A stretch of DNA of 64,000 bases. It comes from an uncultured Verrucomicrobiae bacterium. Lineage in GTDB: Bacteria; Verrucomicrobiota; Verrucomicrobiia; Chthoniobacterales; JAATET01. A model generated the notes under the pieces. The model saw nothing but the letters and a program-made list of their open reading frames with translations, was not told the origin of the DNA and searched no databases. The translations under genes and the position numbers were made by a program. Below, piece after piece: positions 36,566 through 44,647 of this stretch. Where the stretch lies: contig CAVRCI010000014.1 in the NCBI GenBank assembly GCA_963719495.1, positions 64,001 to 128,000 of the forward strand, written 5' to 3'. How positions within the stretch are numbered: the first letter of the stretch is position 1; the number at the start of each line of letters is the position of its first letter.

Positions 36566-39301
36566 TCACCCGGATAGCGCTCTCAGCTTTTTCTGATGGG
36601 CGGTGAGCCAGGTCTTTAGCTTGGCGTGGGCGGGGTCCTCGAGTTGCGGGTCGGTTTCGAAGATCGCTCTCGCTTGGTCGCGGGCTTGGAGCATTTCGGC
36701 TTGGTCGCGGTGGAGGTCGCCGAGGCGGAGGGGGGGGAGGCCGGTTTGGGCGGTGCCGATGAGGTCGCCGGGGCCGCGGAGGGCGAGGTCGGCTTCGGCG
36801 ACCCGGAAGCCGTCGGTGGTTTGCTCGAGGACGCTGAGCTTTTCGCGGGCTTCGGGAGTGTCTTTGCCGGGGACGAGGATGCAGTAGCTGGTGTGGGTGC
36901 CGCGGCCGATGCGGCCGCGGAGTTGGTGGAGCTGCGCCAAGCCGAAGCGCTCGGCATTTTCGATGAGCATGACGGTGGCGTTGGGGACGTCGACGCCGAC
37001 TTCGATGACGGTCGTGCTGACGAGGACCTTGGTCTCGGCGGTGCGGAAGGCGGTCATGGCCGCTTCCTTTTCGTCGGGCTTGAGGCGGCCGTGGAGGAGG
37101 CCGCAGGGGTGGGGGGACAGGAGTTCGCTCCAACGGGTGAACTCTTCGGTGGCGGCTTTGGCGGCGAGTTTTTCCGATTCTTCGATGAGGGGGTAGACGA
37201 TGTAAATCTGGCGTCCGGCTTCGATCTGGTCGCGGAGGAATTTTGCGGCTTCGGGGAGTTTGCTGGTGGGGCGGATGCCGGTGATGATTCTGCCGCGGCC
37301 GGGGGGGAGTTCGTTCAGCGTGGTGACGTCGAGGTCGCCGTAGGCGGTCTGCGCGAGGGTGCGGGGGATGGGGGTGGCGGTCATGACGAGGACGTCGGGG
37401 GTGCCGGGTCCGTCGATGAGCTTGGCGCGCTGGAGGACGCCGAATTTGTGCTGCTCGTCGATGATGACGAGGCCGGGATCGGCGAGTTCGGCGGGGTCGT
37501 GCAGGAGGGCGTGCGTGCCGATGAGGAGTTGGGGAGCGCGCCCGTCCCGGGTGCGGGCTTCGGCGTTCCGCCGAAGCGCGGGCGGCGGGGACGCCGCCCG
37601 CTCGCACGCGGGGACGCGTGCGCTCCCCAGAGCGATGCGGGCGGATTCCATTTCTTTTTCCGGCCACCAGACGTGGGGGTAGTCGCTGTTTTCGTCCGCC
37701 AGGTTGGCGGTCCATGGGTTGCGGCAGATGTAGTGGAATTTTTCCTGGAGGTCGGCCTCGAAGCGGATGATTCGGTCGAAGCTCTCTTTTTCCCAGAGCG
37801 GACCCTTTTTTTGTTCGCGGTGGTTGATCTCGTGGACGGTGTAGGATTTGAGGCTGTGGAGGAGGGTGGCCAGGCGATGGAAAACGGGGCGGCCTTCGGC
37901 GTCTTCGCTTTCGACTTGTGGCTCGACGAGGATGTGGACGTGGTCGGGCATGACGCAAGCGGCGTAGAGGTGCCACTTGGACGCGTCGCGGATGTGGAGG
38001 ATGGCGTCGAGGACGATCTGGCGGGCCGCCGGAGTGAGGTGGCGGCGGGCAATCGTCGTGAAGGTGATCATGTATTTGGCCCAGGGGCGCTCGAAGTGGG
38101 GGAGGTTGCGTTTCGAGTAGCGGGTTTCGGTGGGCGGGGCGGGGGTCTCTCGTGGAATGCGCGGCGGCGGGACGCCGCCGCTCGCACCCGGGACGGGTGC
38201 GTTCCCCATGCGGAGCTTGACTTCGACTCCGAGGGGTTCGCAGAGGTGTTTTAGGTTTTTGTAATGCTGGTTTGCGAGGATCTGAGTCGGGGCCATGAGG
38301 ATGGCTTGGTGGCCGGCTTCGATGCCGGTGAGGGCGGCGGCCAGGGCTACCAGGGTTTTTCCGCTGCCGACGTCGCCTTGGAGGAGGCGGGTCATGCGGG
38401 TGGGCTTGGCGAGGTCCTTTTTGATCTCGGCGATGGCCTGGGCTTGGGCGTCGGTGAGGAGGAAGGGAAGGGTGGCGAGGAGTTCGCGGAGGAGGGTGCC
38501 TTCGGGGGCTTTGGGGGAGCCGGGGAGGGTGGCGACGTGGGCTCGGCGGGAGGCGATGAGGGCCTGCATGGCAAAGAATTCTTCGCCGACGAGGGCGCGG
38601 CGGGCGGTTTCGTAGGCTTCGAAGGTGGGTGGGAAATGGAGGGGGCGGAGGTGATCGGTGAATGGGGAATGGTGAATGGTGGGTCTGAGGGTAGGGATCT
38701 GGCTTAGGTCGGTGGCCTCGAGGGCTTCGTGGATGAGTTCGCGGAGCTTTCTTGGGGTGATGCCTTCTCCGGCGGGGTGGACGGGGACGATGCGGTTGAG
38801 GTGAACGAAATCGGTGGGATCGCCTTCTTCGAGGATCTCGAATTCGGGGAAGTCGATGATCGTTCGTTTTCCGCGGAGTTTGGTGCGGCCGTAGACGACG
38901 AGCTGCTGGCCGACGGCGAGCTGTTTGCCGATGTAGGGCATGTTGAACCATCGGCAGGTGACGCGGGCGCCGAAGCCGCTGGGTTCTTCGAGGGTGGCCT
39001 CGTAGCCCTTTTTCCATCCGCCGTAGGGGAGGAAGCGGGCCGAGACGAGGGTGCCGCTGAGGAGGACGGGGTCGACGCTTTCGCCGTCGGGGTAGGGGGC
39101 GAAGTGGCGGCGGTCTTCGTGCCGTCGCGGGTAGTGGGTGACGAGGTCGGCGAGGGTCTCGAGGCCGACTTTGCGGAGGCTGGTGGCCTGTTTGCGGGTG
39201 ATGAAGGGGGCGTCGCTGAGGGGGGTGGTGGGGGGGAGGAGGGGGGGGGCGTGATTGGTGAATGGTGAATGGTGAATGGTGGGGGGGTGCTCGTGGCTCA
39301 T
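36566..39301 (-). CDS. recG: ATP-dependent DNA helicase RecG with an in-frame RAYT transposase insertion
   Basis: HYPRRHED wedge domain, LLQGDVGSGKT, MAPTQILA, GTHAL, IIDEQHKFG, MTATPIPRTL, TTVIEVGVDVPNA, QLHQLRGRIGRG, DGF.VAEADL.LRGPG. Confidence 0.95.
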   Translation of the reverse strand: MSHEHPPTIHHSPFTNHAPPLLPPTTPLSDAPFITRKQATSLRKVGLETLADLVTHYPRRHEDRRHFAPYPDGESVDPVLLSGTLVSARFLPYGGWKKGYEATLEEPSGFGARVTCRWFNMPYIGKQLAVGQQLVVYGRTKLRGKRTIIDFPEFEILEEGDPTDFVHLNRIVPVHPAGEGITPRKLRELIHEALEATDLSQIPTLRPTIHHSPFTDHLRPLHFPPTFEAYETARRALVGEEFFAMQALIASRRAHVATLPGSPKAPEGTLLRELLATLPFLLTDAQAQAIAEIKKDLAKPTRMTRLLQGDVGSGKTLVALAAALTGIEAGHQAILMAPTQILANQHYKNLKHLCEPLGVEVKLRMGNAPVPGASGGVPPPRIPRETPAPPTETRYSKRNLPHFERPWAKYMITFTTIARRHLTPAARQIVLDAILHIRDASKWHLYAACVMPDHVHILVEPQVESEDAEGRPVFHRLATLLHSLKSYTVHEINHREQKKGPLWEKESFDRIIRFEADLQEKFHYICRNPWTANLADENSDYPHVWWPEKEMESARIALGSARVPACERAASPPPALRRNAEARTRDGRAPQLLIGTHALLHDPAELADPGLVIIDEQHKFGVLQRAKLIDGPGTPDVLVMTATPIPRTLAQTAYGDLDVTTLNELPPGRGRIITGIRPTSKLPEAAKFLRDQIEAGRQIYIVYPLIEESEKLAAKAATEEFTRWSELLSPHPCGLLHGRLKPDEKEAAMTAFRTAETKVLVSTTVIEVGVDVPNATVMLIENAERFGLAQLHQLRGRIGRGTHTSYCILVPGKDTPEAREKLSVLEQTTDGFRVAEADLALRGPGDLIGTAQTGLPPLRLGDLHRDQAEMLQARDQARAIFETDPQLEDPAHAKLKTWLTAHQKKLRALSG
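37530..38208 (-). mobile_element. REP-flanked RAYT (Y1/HUH tyrosine transposase) module inserted in frame in recG
   Basis: RNLPHF, YMITFTT, CVMPDHVHIL (HUH), LKSYT, LWEKESFDRIIR, YICRNP (catalytic Tyr); REP doublet at 37530-37629 and REP at 38161-38208. Confidence 0.9.
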
Positions 39302-39346
39302 CGACCAATAACCAAAAATTAATAACCAACAACCGGCGCGCAGCGC

Positions 39347-41038
39347 CTACGCGGCTGCCCGGATGTCGAGGATCTGGAGTTGGGCGCTGACCCGGCCGTT
39401 CCATTCGTTGCGTTCGAGATGGAACGCGAGGTCCCAGGGGGGGCTGGGGAGGTCGTCGGTGGCTCCGTTGAAGAAGATGGCGGAGAGGGAGCGGCGACCG
39501 ACGGGGAGGTCGAAGCGGAGGTGCTTCTCTTTGAGGACGCGGGGTTCGGCGGTGGGGGTGACTCGGCGGACGAGGAGGACGGGCTGGGGATTCGCCATGC
39601 CGAAGGGTTCGAGCAGCGACTGGCTCTCGAGGAAGTCTTCGTCGAAGGAGGCGAGGGGAATCTCGGCGTCGAGGCGGAGGGTGGGGACGAGGGGGTCGGT
39701 GCCGAGGAGGGTGCGGGCGGCTTGTTCGAAGGCGGCGCGGAAGGCGGGGAAGTCGTCTTCGTGGACCTGGAGGCCGGCGGCCATGTCGTGGCCGCCGAAG
39801 TTGCCGAGGTGAGTGGCGCATTGGCCGAGGGCTTCGACGAGGGAGAGACCGGCGATGCTGCGGCCGCTACCTTTGCCCTGGCCGGTTTCGTCGAATCCGA
39901 CGACGAGGGTGGGGCGGTGGTGGCGGCGCATGACGCGGGAGGCGACGATGCCGAGGACGCCGGTGTGCCAGTCGCGTTGGCCGGCGACGATGGTGGTGTC
40001 GCGGGTGGGGTCGAAATTTTCCGCGATCCAGGCGTCGACTTCGGTGGCGACGGCGCGCTCGATGGATTGGCGTTCGCGGTTCTGCTCGTCGAGGCTGGTG
40101 GCGAGGGTGGCGGCTTCCTGCGGGTCGTTGGTGAGGAGGAGGGAGAGGGAATCCTGGGCGGTGCCGAGGCGGCCGGTGGCGTTGATGCGGGGGCCGAGGC
40201 GGAAGCCGACGTCGGAGGCGCGGATGGGGGCGGAGACGGCGGCGACGCTCATGAGGGCGGCGAGGCCGGGCCAGCGGGTGGTGGCCATCTGGCGGAGGCC
40301 GTGGCGGACGAAGACGCGGTTTTCGCCTTCGAGGGGGACGAGGTCGCAGAGGGTGGCGAGGGCGACGAGGTCGAGGAGATCGCGGAGCTCGAAGCCGGGG
40401 AGGGGGGTGCTTTTGAGGAGAGCGTGGGCGGTCTTGAAGGCGATGCCGGCGCTGCAGAGGGTGTGGAAATCGGTGCCGCCGCACTTGGGGTTGACGCGGG
40501 CGACGCAGTCGGGGCGGTCGCCGTCGGGTTCGTGGTGGTCGAGGACGATGACGTCGATGCCGCGAGCGCGGAGGCTGGCGATTTCGGCGGTGGAATTCGT
40601 GCCGCAGTCGACGGCGATGAGGAGGTCGGGAGTGTGGAGTTCGAGGCAGCGCTCGAGGCCGGCGGCGCTGAGGCCGTAACCTTCGTCGACGCGGTGGGGG
40701 AGGAAGCTGTCGACGCGACCGCCGTAGGCGTGGAGGATACGGTGGAGGATGGTGAGGGAGGTGACGCCGTCGACGTCGTAGTCGCCGTAGAGGGCGATGC
40801 GCTCGTTGGCGCGGAGGGCGGCTTCGATGCGGGTGACGGCGGCGGGCATCTCGGGGAGGAGATTCGGGTCGCGGAGGCGGCGGAGACGGGGCTGGAGAAA
40901 ATCCGCAACGGTGTCTTCGTCGGCGAAACCCTTGGCGGCGACGAGGCTGGCGACGAAGGGGGGGAGGCGGAAGGCGTGCGCGAGTTCGCGGATGATGCCG
41001 GGGTCTCCGGCGGTGGGGAGGATCCAACGACGTTGCAT
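39347..41038 (-). CDS. recJ: Single-stranded-DNA-specific exonuclease RecJ
   Basis: YGDYDVDGVT, EGYGL, VDCGT, LDHHE, LGPRINA.GRL, KGSGRS, FGGH.MAAG, LEPFG..NP.P. Confidence 0.96.
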   Translation of the reverse strand: MQRRWILPTAGDPGIIRELAHAFRLPPFVASLVAAKGFADEDTVADFLQPRLRRLRDPNLLPEMPAAVTRIEAALRANERIALYGDYDVDGVTSLTILHRILHAYGGRVDSFLPHRVDEGYGLSAAGLERCLELHTPDLLIAVDCGTNSTAEIASLRARGIDVIVLDHHEPDGDRPDCVARVNPKCGGTDFHTLCSAGIAFKTAHALLKSTPLPGFELRDLLDLVALATLCDLVPLEGENRVFVRHGLRQMATTRWPGLAALMSVAAVSAPIRASDVGFRLGPRINATGRLGTAQDSLSLLLTNDPQEAATLATSLDEQNRERQSIERAVATEVDAWIAENFDPTRDTTIVAGQRDWHTGVLGIVASRVMRRHHRPTLVVGFDETGQGKGSGRSIAGLSLVEALGQCATHLGNFGGHDMAAGLQVHEDDFPAFRAAFEQAARTLLGTDPLVPTLRLDAEIPLASFDEDFLESQSLLEPFGMANPQPVLLVRRVTPTAEPRVLKEKHLRFDLPVGRRSLSAIFFNGATDDLPSPPWDLAFHLERNEWNGRVSAQLQILDIRAAA

Positions 41039-41122
41039 CGGGGGAGTGTAGGGGGTGATTGGTGATTAGTGAATGGTGAATGGTGGGGCTTTGGCTCTCT
41101 CGCTTTGCTCGAGTTGCCTGGC

Positions 41123-41167
41123 GCGGGCGGGACGCCCCGCTCGCACGCGGGGACGCGTGCGTTCCCC
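41123..41167. repeat. REP of the recG-RAYT family
   Basis: gcgggcgggacgccccgc + gcacgcggggacgcgtgcgttcccc, near-identical to the right arm at about 37580-37628. Confidence 0.8.
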
Positions 41168-41211
41168 GGTGAGCTTGATTTTCGGGGGGTGGTTGGCGAT
41201 TCTCGGCTTTC

Positions 41212-41679
41212 ATGGCGATGGAGCGGACTCTTTTGGCGGCGCAGGGCTACGTGGAGCTGTCGATGACGGATGACGCTCTCGCGGAGCTGGATGGGCTTTC
41301 CGCTGAGGAGAACGATTTGCAGGAAGTGCTGCAGGTGCGGCTTTTTGTGCTGATGCGGGGGCGGCGGTGGGCGGATGCGTTCGACGTGTGCGAGCGCTTG
41401 GTGGAACTTTTTTCTTCGGAGACGACGGGGTTCATTCACGGGGCGTTTTGTTTGCACGAGCTGGACCGGACCCGGGAGGCGAAGGACCTTCTATTACGGG
41501 GACCGGCGAGTTTGCTGCGGGAGGCGACGTATTATTACAACATGGGTTGCTACGAGGCTGTGCTGGGGAACATCGAGGATGCGCAGCACGCGCTGGAGAT
41601 CAGCTTTCGGATGGATGATAAATTTCGGCAGATCGCGAAGATCGATCCGGATCTGAAGGTGATGCCGAATTTGATATGA
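41212..41679 (+). CDS. TPR-like helical repeat protein
   Basis: AAQGYVEL.M..DAL.EL and YYNMGCYEA.LG TPR-like pattern. Confidence 0.7.
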   Translation: MAMERTLLAAQGYVELSMTDDALAELDGLSAEENDLQEVLQVRLFVLMRGRRWADAFDVCERLVELFSSETTGFIHGAFCLHELDRTREAKDLLLRGPASLLREATYYYNMGCYEAVLGNIEDAQHALEISFRMDDKFRQIAKIDPDLKVMPNLI

Positions 41680-42827
41680 GTGAGTTGGCGGATCGGGTGG
41701 GCGCGGCGTTCGAGGAGAACTTCGAACGGCACGGGGAGGTGGGGGCGGCGGTGGCCGTGTGGGACGCGGACGGGGTGGTCGCGGAGACTTGCGGGGGGTT
41801 TCGGGATCTGGCGCTGACGCAAGCTTGGAAGGACGATACGCTGGTGCTGATCTGGTCGGCGACGAAGGGGCTGGCGGCCTCGTGCGTGCTGCACGCGATG
41901 GCGGAGCGGGGGATTCCGATCGAGGCGCGGGTCGCGGAATTTTGGCCGGAATTCGGGCAGTGCGGGAAGGAGGCGATCACGGTGGGGCAGGTGCTTTCGC
42001 ACCGGGCGGGGTTGAGCGCGTTGGACGCGAGGGATCTCTCGGTGCTGAACCACGATGGGGTGGCGCGGGCGGTGGAGCGTCAGGTTCCTTTGTGGGACGA
42101 TGGGGCGCACGGGTATGGGCCGCGGACGTTTGGGTTCGTGGTCGACGAGATGGTTCGGCGGCTGGCTGGCGGGAAAACTTTGGGGGAATATTGGCGGGAG
42201 GTTTTTGCGGAGCCGCTGGGGTTGGATGCGTGGATCGGGTTGCCGGAGGAGCATCATGGCCGGGTGGCGCAGATGATCGCGGCGCGGGGGACGGGGTGCC
42301 TGGATGGGCAGGATGATTTCCTGGAGGCGATGGGAGATCCTTCGTCGTTGTCGCGCAAATCCTTCGGGACGCCGGGGGGCGTGTTGGGGGCGACTTCGAT
42401 GAACAGTCCGGCGATCCGGGGGGCCTCGTTGCCGTCGATGGGCGGGATTGCGACGGCGGGGGCGTTGGCGAAATTCTACGCGATGCTGGCGAACGGCGGG
42501 GTCTGGGGCGGGGCGCGGTTTTTTGGCGAGGAGAGTTTGCGTCACATGACGACGACGCTTTCGCAGGGGCGGGACAAGGTGCTCTTACTGGAGACGGCGT
42601 TTTCGGCTGGGTTCATGCGCGACCCGGTGGGGAACGATGGGGGGAAATTGCGGAAGACGTTCGGGCCTTCGGCGCGGGCGTTCGGGCATCCGGGGGCGGG
42701 GGGGAGTCTGGCTTTCGCGGATCCGGAGCGGGGGATTGGGTTTGCTTACGTGATGAATCAGATGGGCATGGGGGTGCTGCCGCAGGATCGGGCGGCTTCG
42801 CTGGTAAAAGCGGTTTATGCGAATTAG
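41676..42827 (+). CDS. Serine hydrolase, beta-lactamase/EstA family
   Basis: WSATK (SxxK), LSHRAGL, HGYG, FGHPGAGGS..FADPE. Confidence 0.9.
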   Translation: MSELADRVGAAFEENFERHGEVGAAVAVWDADGVVAETCGGFRDLALTQAWKDDTLVLIWSATKGLAASCVLHAMAERGIPIEARVAEFWPEFGQCGKEAITVGQVLSHRAGLSALDARDLSVLNHDGVARAVERQVPLWDDGAHGYGPRTFGFVVDEMVRRLAGGKTLGEYWREVFAEPLGLDAWIGLPEEHHGRVAQMIAARGTGCLDGQDDFLEAMGDPSSLSRKSFGTPGGVLGATSMNSPAIRGASLPSMGGIATAGALAKFYAMLANGGVWGGARFFGEESLRHMTTTLSQGRDKVLLLETAFSAGFMRDPVGNDGGKLRKTFGPSARAFGHPGAGGSLAFADPERGIGFAYVMNQMGMGVLPQDRAASLVKAVYAN

Positions 42828-42890
42828 AAATTGGAAATGCGGAATTAGAAATTGGCTTGGTGGGGCGATTTCACTAGTGCGGGGACTGTG

Positions 42891-43667
42891 ATGGATGCGG
42901 CTGAATTACTAGAGCGGGTCGAGGGGGTTCGGCTGGGCGGGGACGTGGCGTTCGATTTTACGGATCGGCTGGCTTCGGAGAATGGGTGGTCGCGGTCGTT
43001 CGCGGAGGAGGTGGTCGCGGAGTATCGGAAGTTCGTGGTGATGGGCGCGGTTTCGCCGGTGCCAGTGACGCCGTCGGACGCGGTGGATCAGGCGTGGCAC
43101 CTGCACCTGGTTTACACGCGGTCGTATTGGGAGGACTTGTGCCGCGACGTGCTCGGTAAGCCTTTGCACCATGGGCCGACGGAGGGCGGCGGGGCGGAAC
43201 GGGCGAAGTTTTTCGATTGGTATTCGCGGACGCTCGCGTTTTACGAGGAGACGTTCGGGACGCGGCCGCCGGTGGCGGTTTGGCCGGAGCCGGAGGCCCG
43301 GTTTAGCGGGCGGTTCCGGCGGGTCGACGTGGGGCGGAGTTGGGTGGTGCCGAAGCCGGGTTGGACGGTCGCTGGCGCGGTGGGGTTGGCCGTGGGGTTG
43401 GTGACGGTGGTCGGGTGTGAGGCTGGTGGGAAGGGGGATGATTCGAAATTCGTCGTGCTGGGAGTGGTGCTGGTGCTGTTTTTCCTAATTGGGACCGCGA
43501 TGTCCCGCGTGGTGAATCGAGGCAGGGGGTCCGGTAAGCGGCGACGGAACGGGGGTGACGCCGGATCGTCGTGGTGGGGTGGAACCGGCTGCGGGGGTGG
43601 CGGGAACGACCATCATGGAGATGGTGGTGGGTGCGGGGGTGGAGGTGGTGGGTGCGGTGGGGATTGA
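42891..43667 (+). CDS. Glycine-rich domain membrane protein (TIGR04222/DUF1399-like)
   Basis: EYRKF, TPSDAVDQAWHLHL.YTRSYW, two TM segments, GCGGGGGGCGG tail. Confidence 0.8.
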   Translation: MDAAELLERVEGVRLGGDVAFDFTDRLASENGWSRSFAEEVVAEYRKFVVMGAVSPVPVTPSDAVDQAWHLHLVYTRSYWEDLCRDVLGKPLHHGPTEGGGAERAKFFDWYSRTLAFYEETFGTRPPVAVWPEPEARFSGRFRRVDVGRSWVVPKPGWTVAGAVGLAVGLVTVVGCEAGGKGDDSKFVVLGVVLVLFFLIGTAMSRVVNRGRGSGKRRRNGGDAGSSWWGGTGCGGGGNDHHGDGGGCGGGGGGCGGD

Positions 43668-43708
43668 GGCCGCGGAATGAGCCTGACCTTATCTCGAGCG
43701 ATACACGT

Positions 43709-43764
43709 GACGGCGGGCGACCGGCAGGGATGCCGGTCGTGACAGGCAGGATGCCTGTTTTCCC
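43709..43764. repeat. REP-like palindromes (gacaggcaggatgcctgttttccc family)
   Basis: Related copies near 44587-44611, 47677-47700 and 49196-49220. Confidence 0.7.
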
Positions 43765-43772
43765 TTAGCGAC

Positions 43773-44462
43773 CTACACCAATTGGTGGGATTCAGGTTGG
43801 AGGACGTATTCCGATAGGACGAGGTGCGGGGGGGCGTCGATGGCGGATAGGAGCGCGTCGGCGGCGACTTCGGGGGTGATGACTTTTGACGGGTCGAGCT
43901 TGAGGGCGAGGTCGTCCCAGAAGGGGGTGGCGACTCCGCCGAAGAAGAAGAGGCTGAAGTGGATGTTGGCGCGGCGGTATTCTTCGGCGAAGCTTTTGAT
44001 CAGGCCGGTGACGGCATACTTGCTGGAGATGTAGGCGGAGGCGTTTTTCATGACGGCTTTGCCGAGGATGCCGGGGGGGACGATGATGAGGCCGGATTTC
44101 TGCTCGGCCATGATCTTGCAGGCGGCTTGGGCGACGAGGAAGGTGGTGCGGAGGTTGACGTTGACGATGCGGGCGAACTCGGCGTCGGTGGTGTCGGCGA
44201 TGGGCTTGATGAGGCCGGCTCCGCAGAGGTGGACGACGCAGTCGAGACCTTCCATGGCGGCGGCGGCATCTTCGACGACTTTGGCGGCGGCTCCGGGGGT
44301 CATGAGGTCGGCGGGGAGTTTGGCGGCGGAGTCCGGGAGCTCGGCGAGGCCGGATTCGGAGCGACCGGTGAGGGCGAGGGTGACGTCCTCGCGGTCGGTG
44401 AGTTTGGTGACGAGGGCGCGGCCGATGCCGCCGGTGGCTCCGGTGATGAGAATCTTTTTCAT
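43773..44462 (-). CDS. SDR family oxidoreductase
   Basis: ITGATGGIG and YISSK (YxxxK). Confidence 0.9.
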   Translation of the reverse strand: MKKILITGATGGIGRALVTKLTDREDVTLALTGRSESGLAELPDSAAKLPADLMTPGAAAKVVEDAAAAMEGLDCVVHLCGAGLIKPIADTTDAEFARIVNVNLRTTFLVAQAACKIMAEQKSGLIIVPPGILGKAVMKNASAYISSKYAVTGLIKSFAEEYRRANIHFSLFFFGGVATPFWDDLALKLDPSKVITPEVAADALLSAIDAPPHLVLSEYVLQPESHQLV

Positions 44463-44647
44463 GTGGTGGTGGTTACGTTTTTGGGGCGGGGGGTGGATTG
44501 TTCTTTGGAGCGTGGGGTGATGAGGAGTGCCCGCTGCGCGGGGTTGGTTACGTGGCGTTGGGTCCGGCAGCCGCCGGACCCGACGCGACCGGCAGAATGC
44601 CTGTTTTCCCCGGGTGGTGGGGGTCGTTTGGTGTTAGGTCTCTTCTT

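Noticed and set aside
37530..38208. Intein in RecG
   Set aside because: No Cys/Ser start with a His-Asn-Cys/Ser/Thr end and no Hint motifs; the insert is an HUH/Y1 domain bounded by REPs.
36540..39821. 1093-aa Arg/Pro-rich ORF and similar long overlapping ORFs (e.g. 16626-18923, 27035-29083, 53609-55813)
   Set aside because: Shadow frames of real high-GC genes; low-complexity translation with no motifs.
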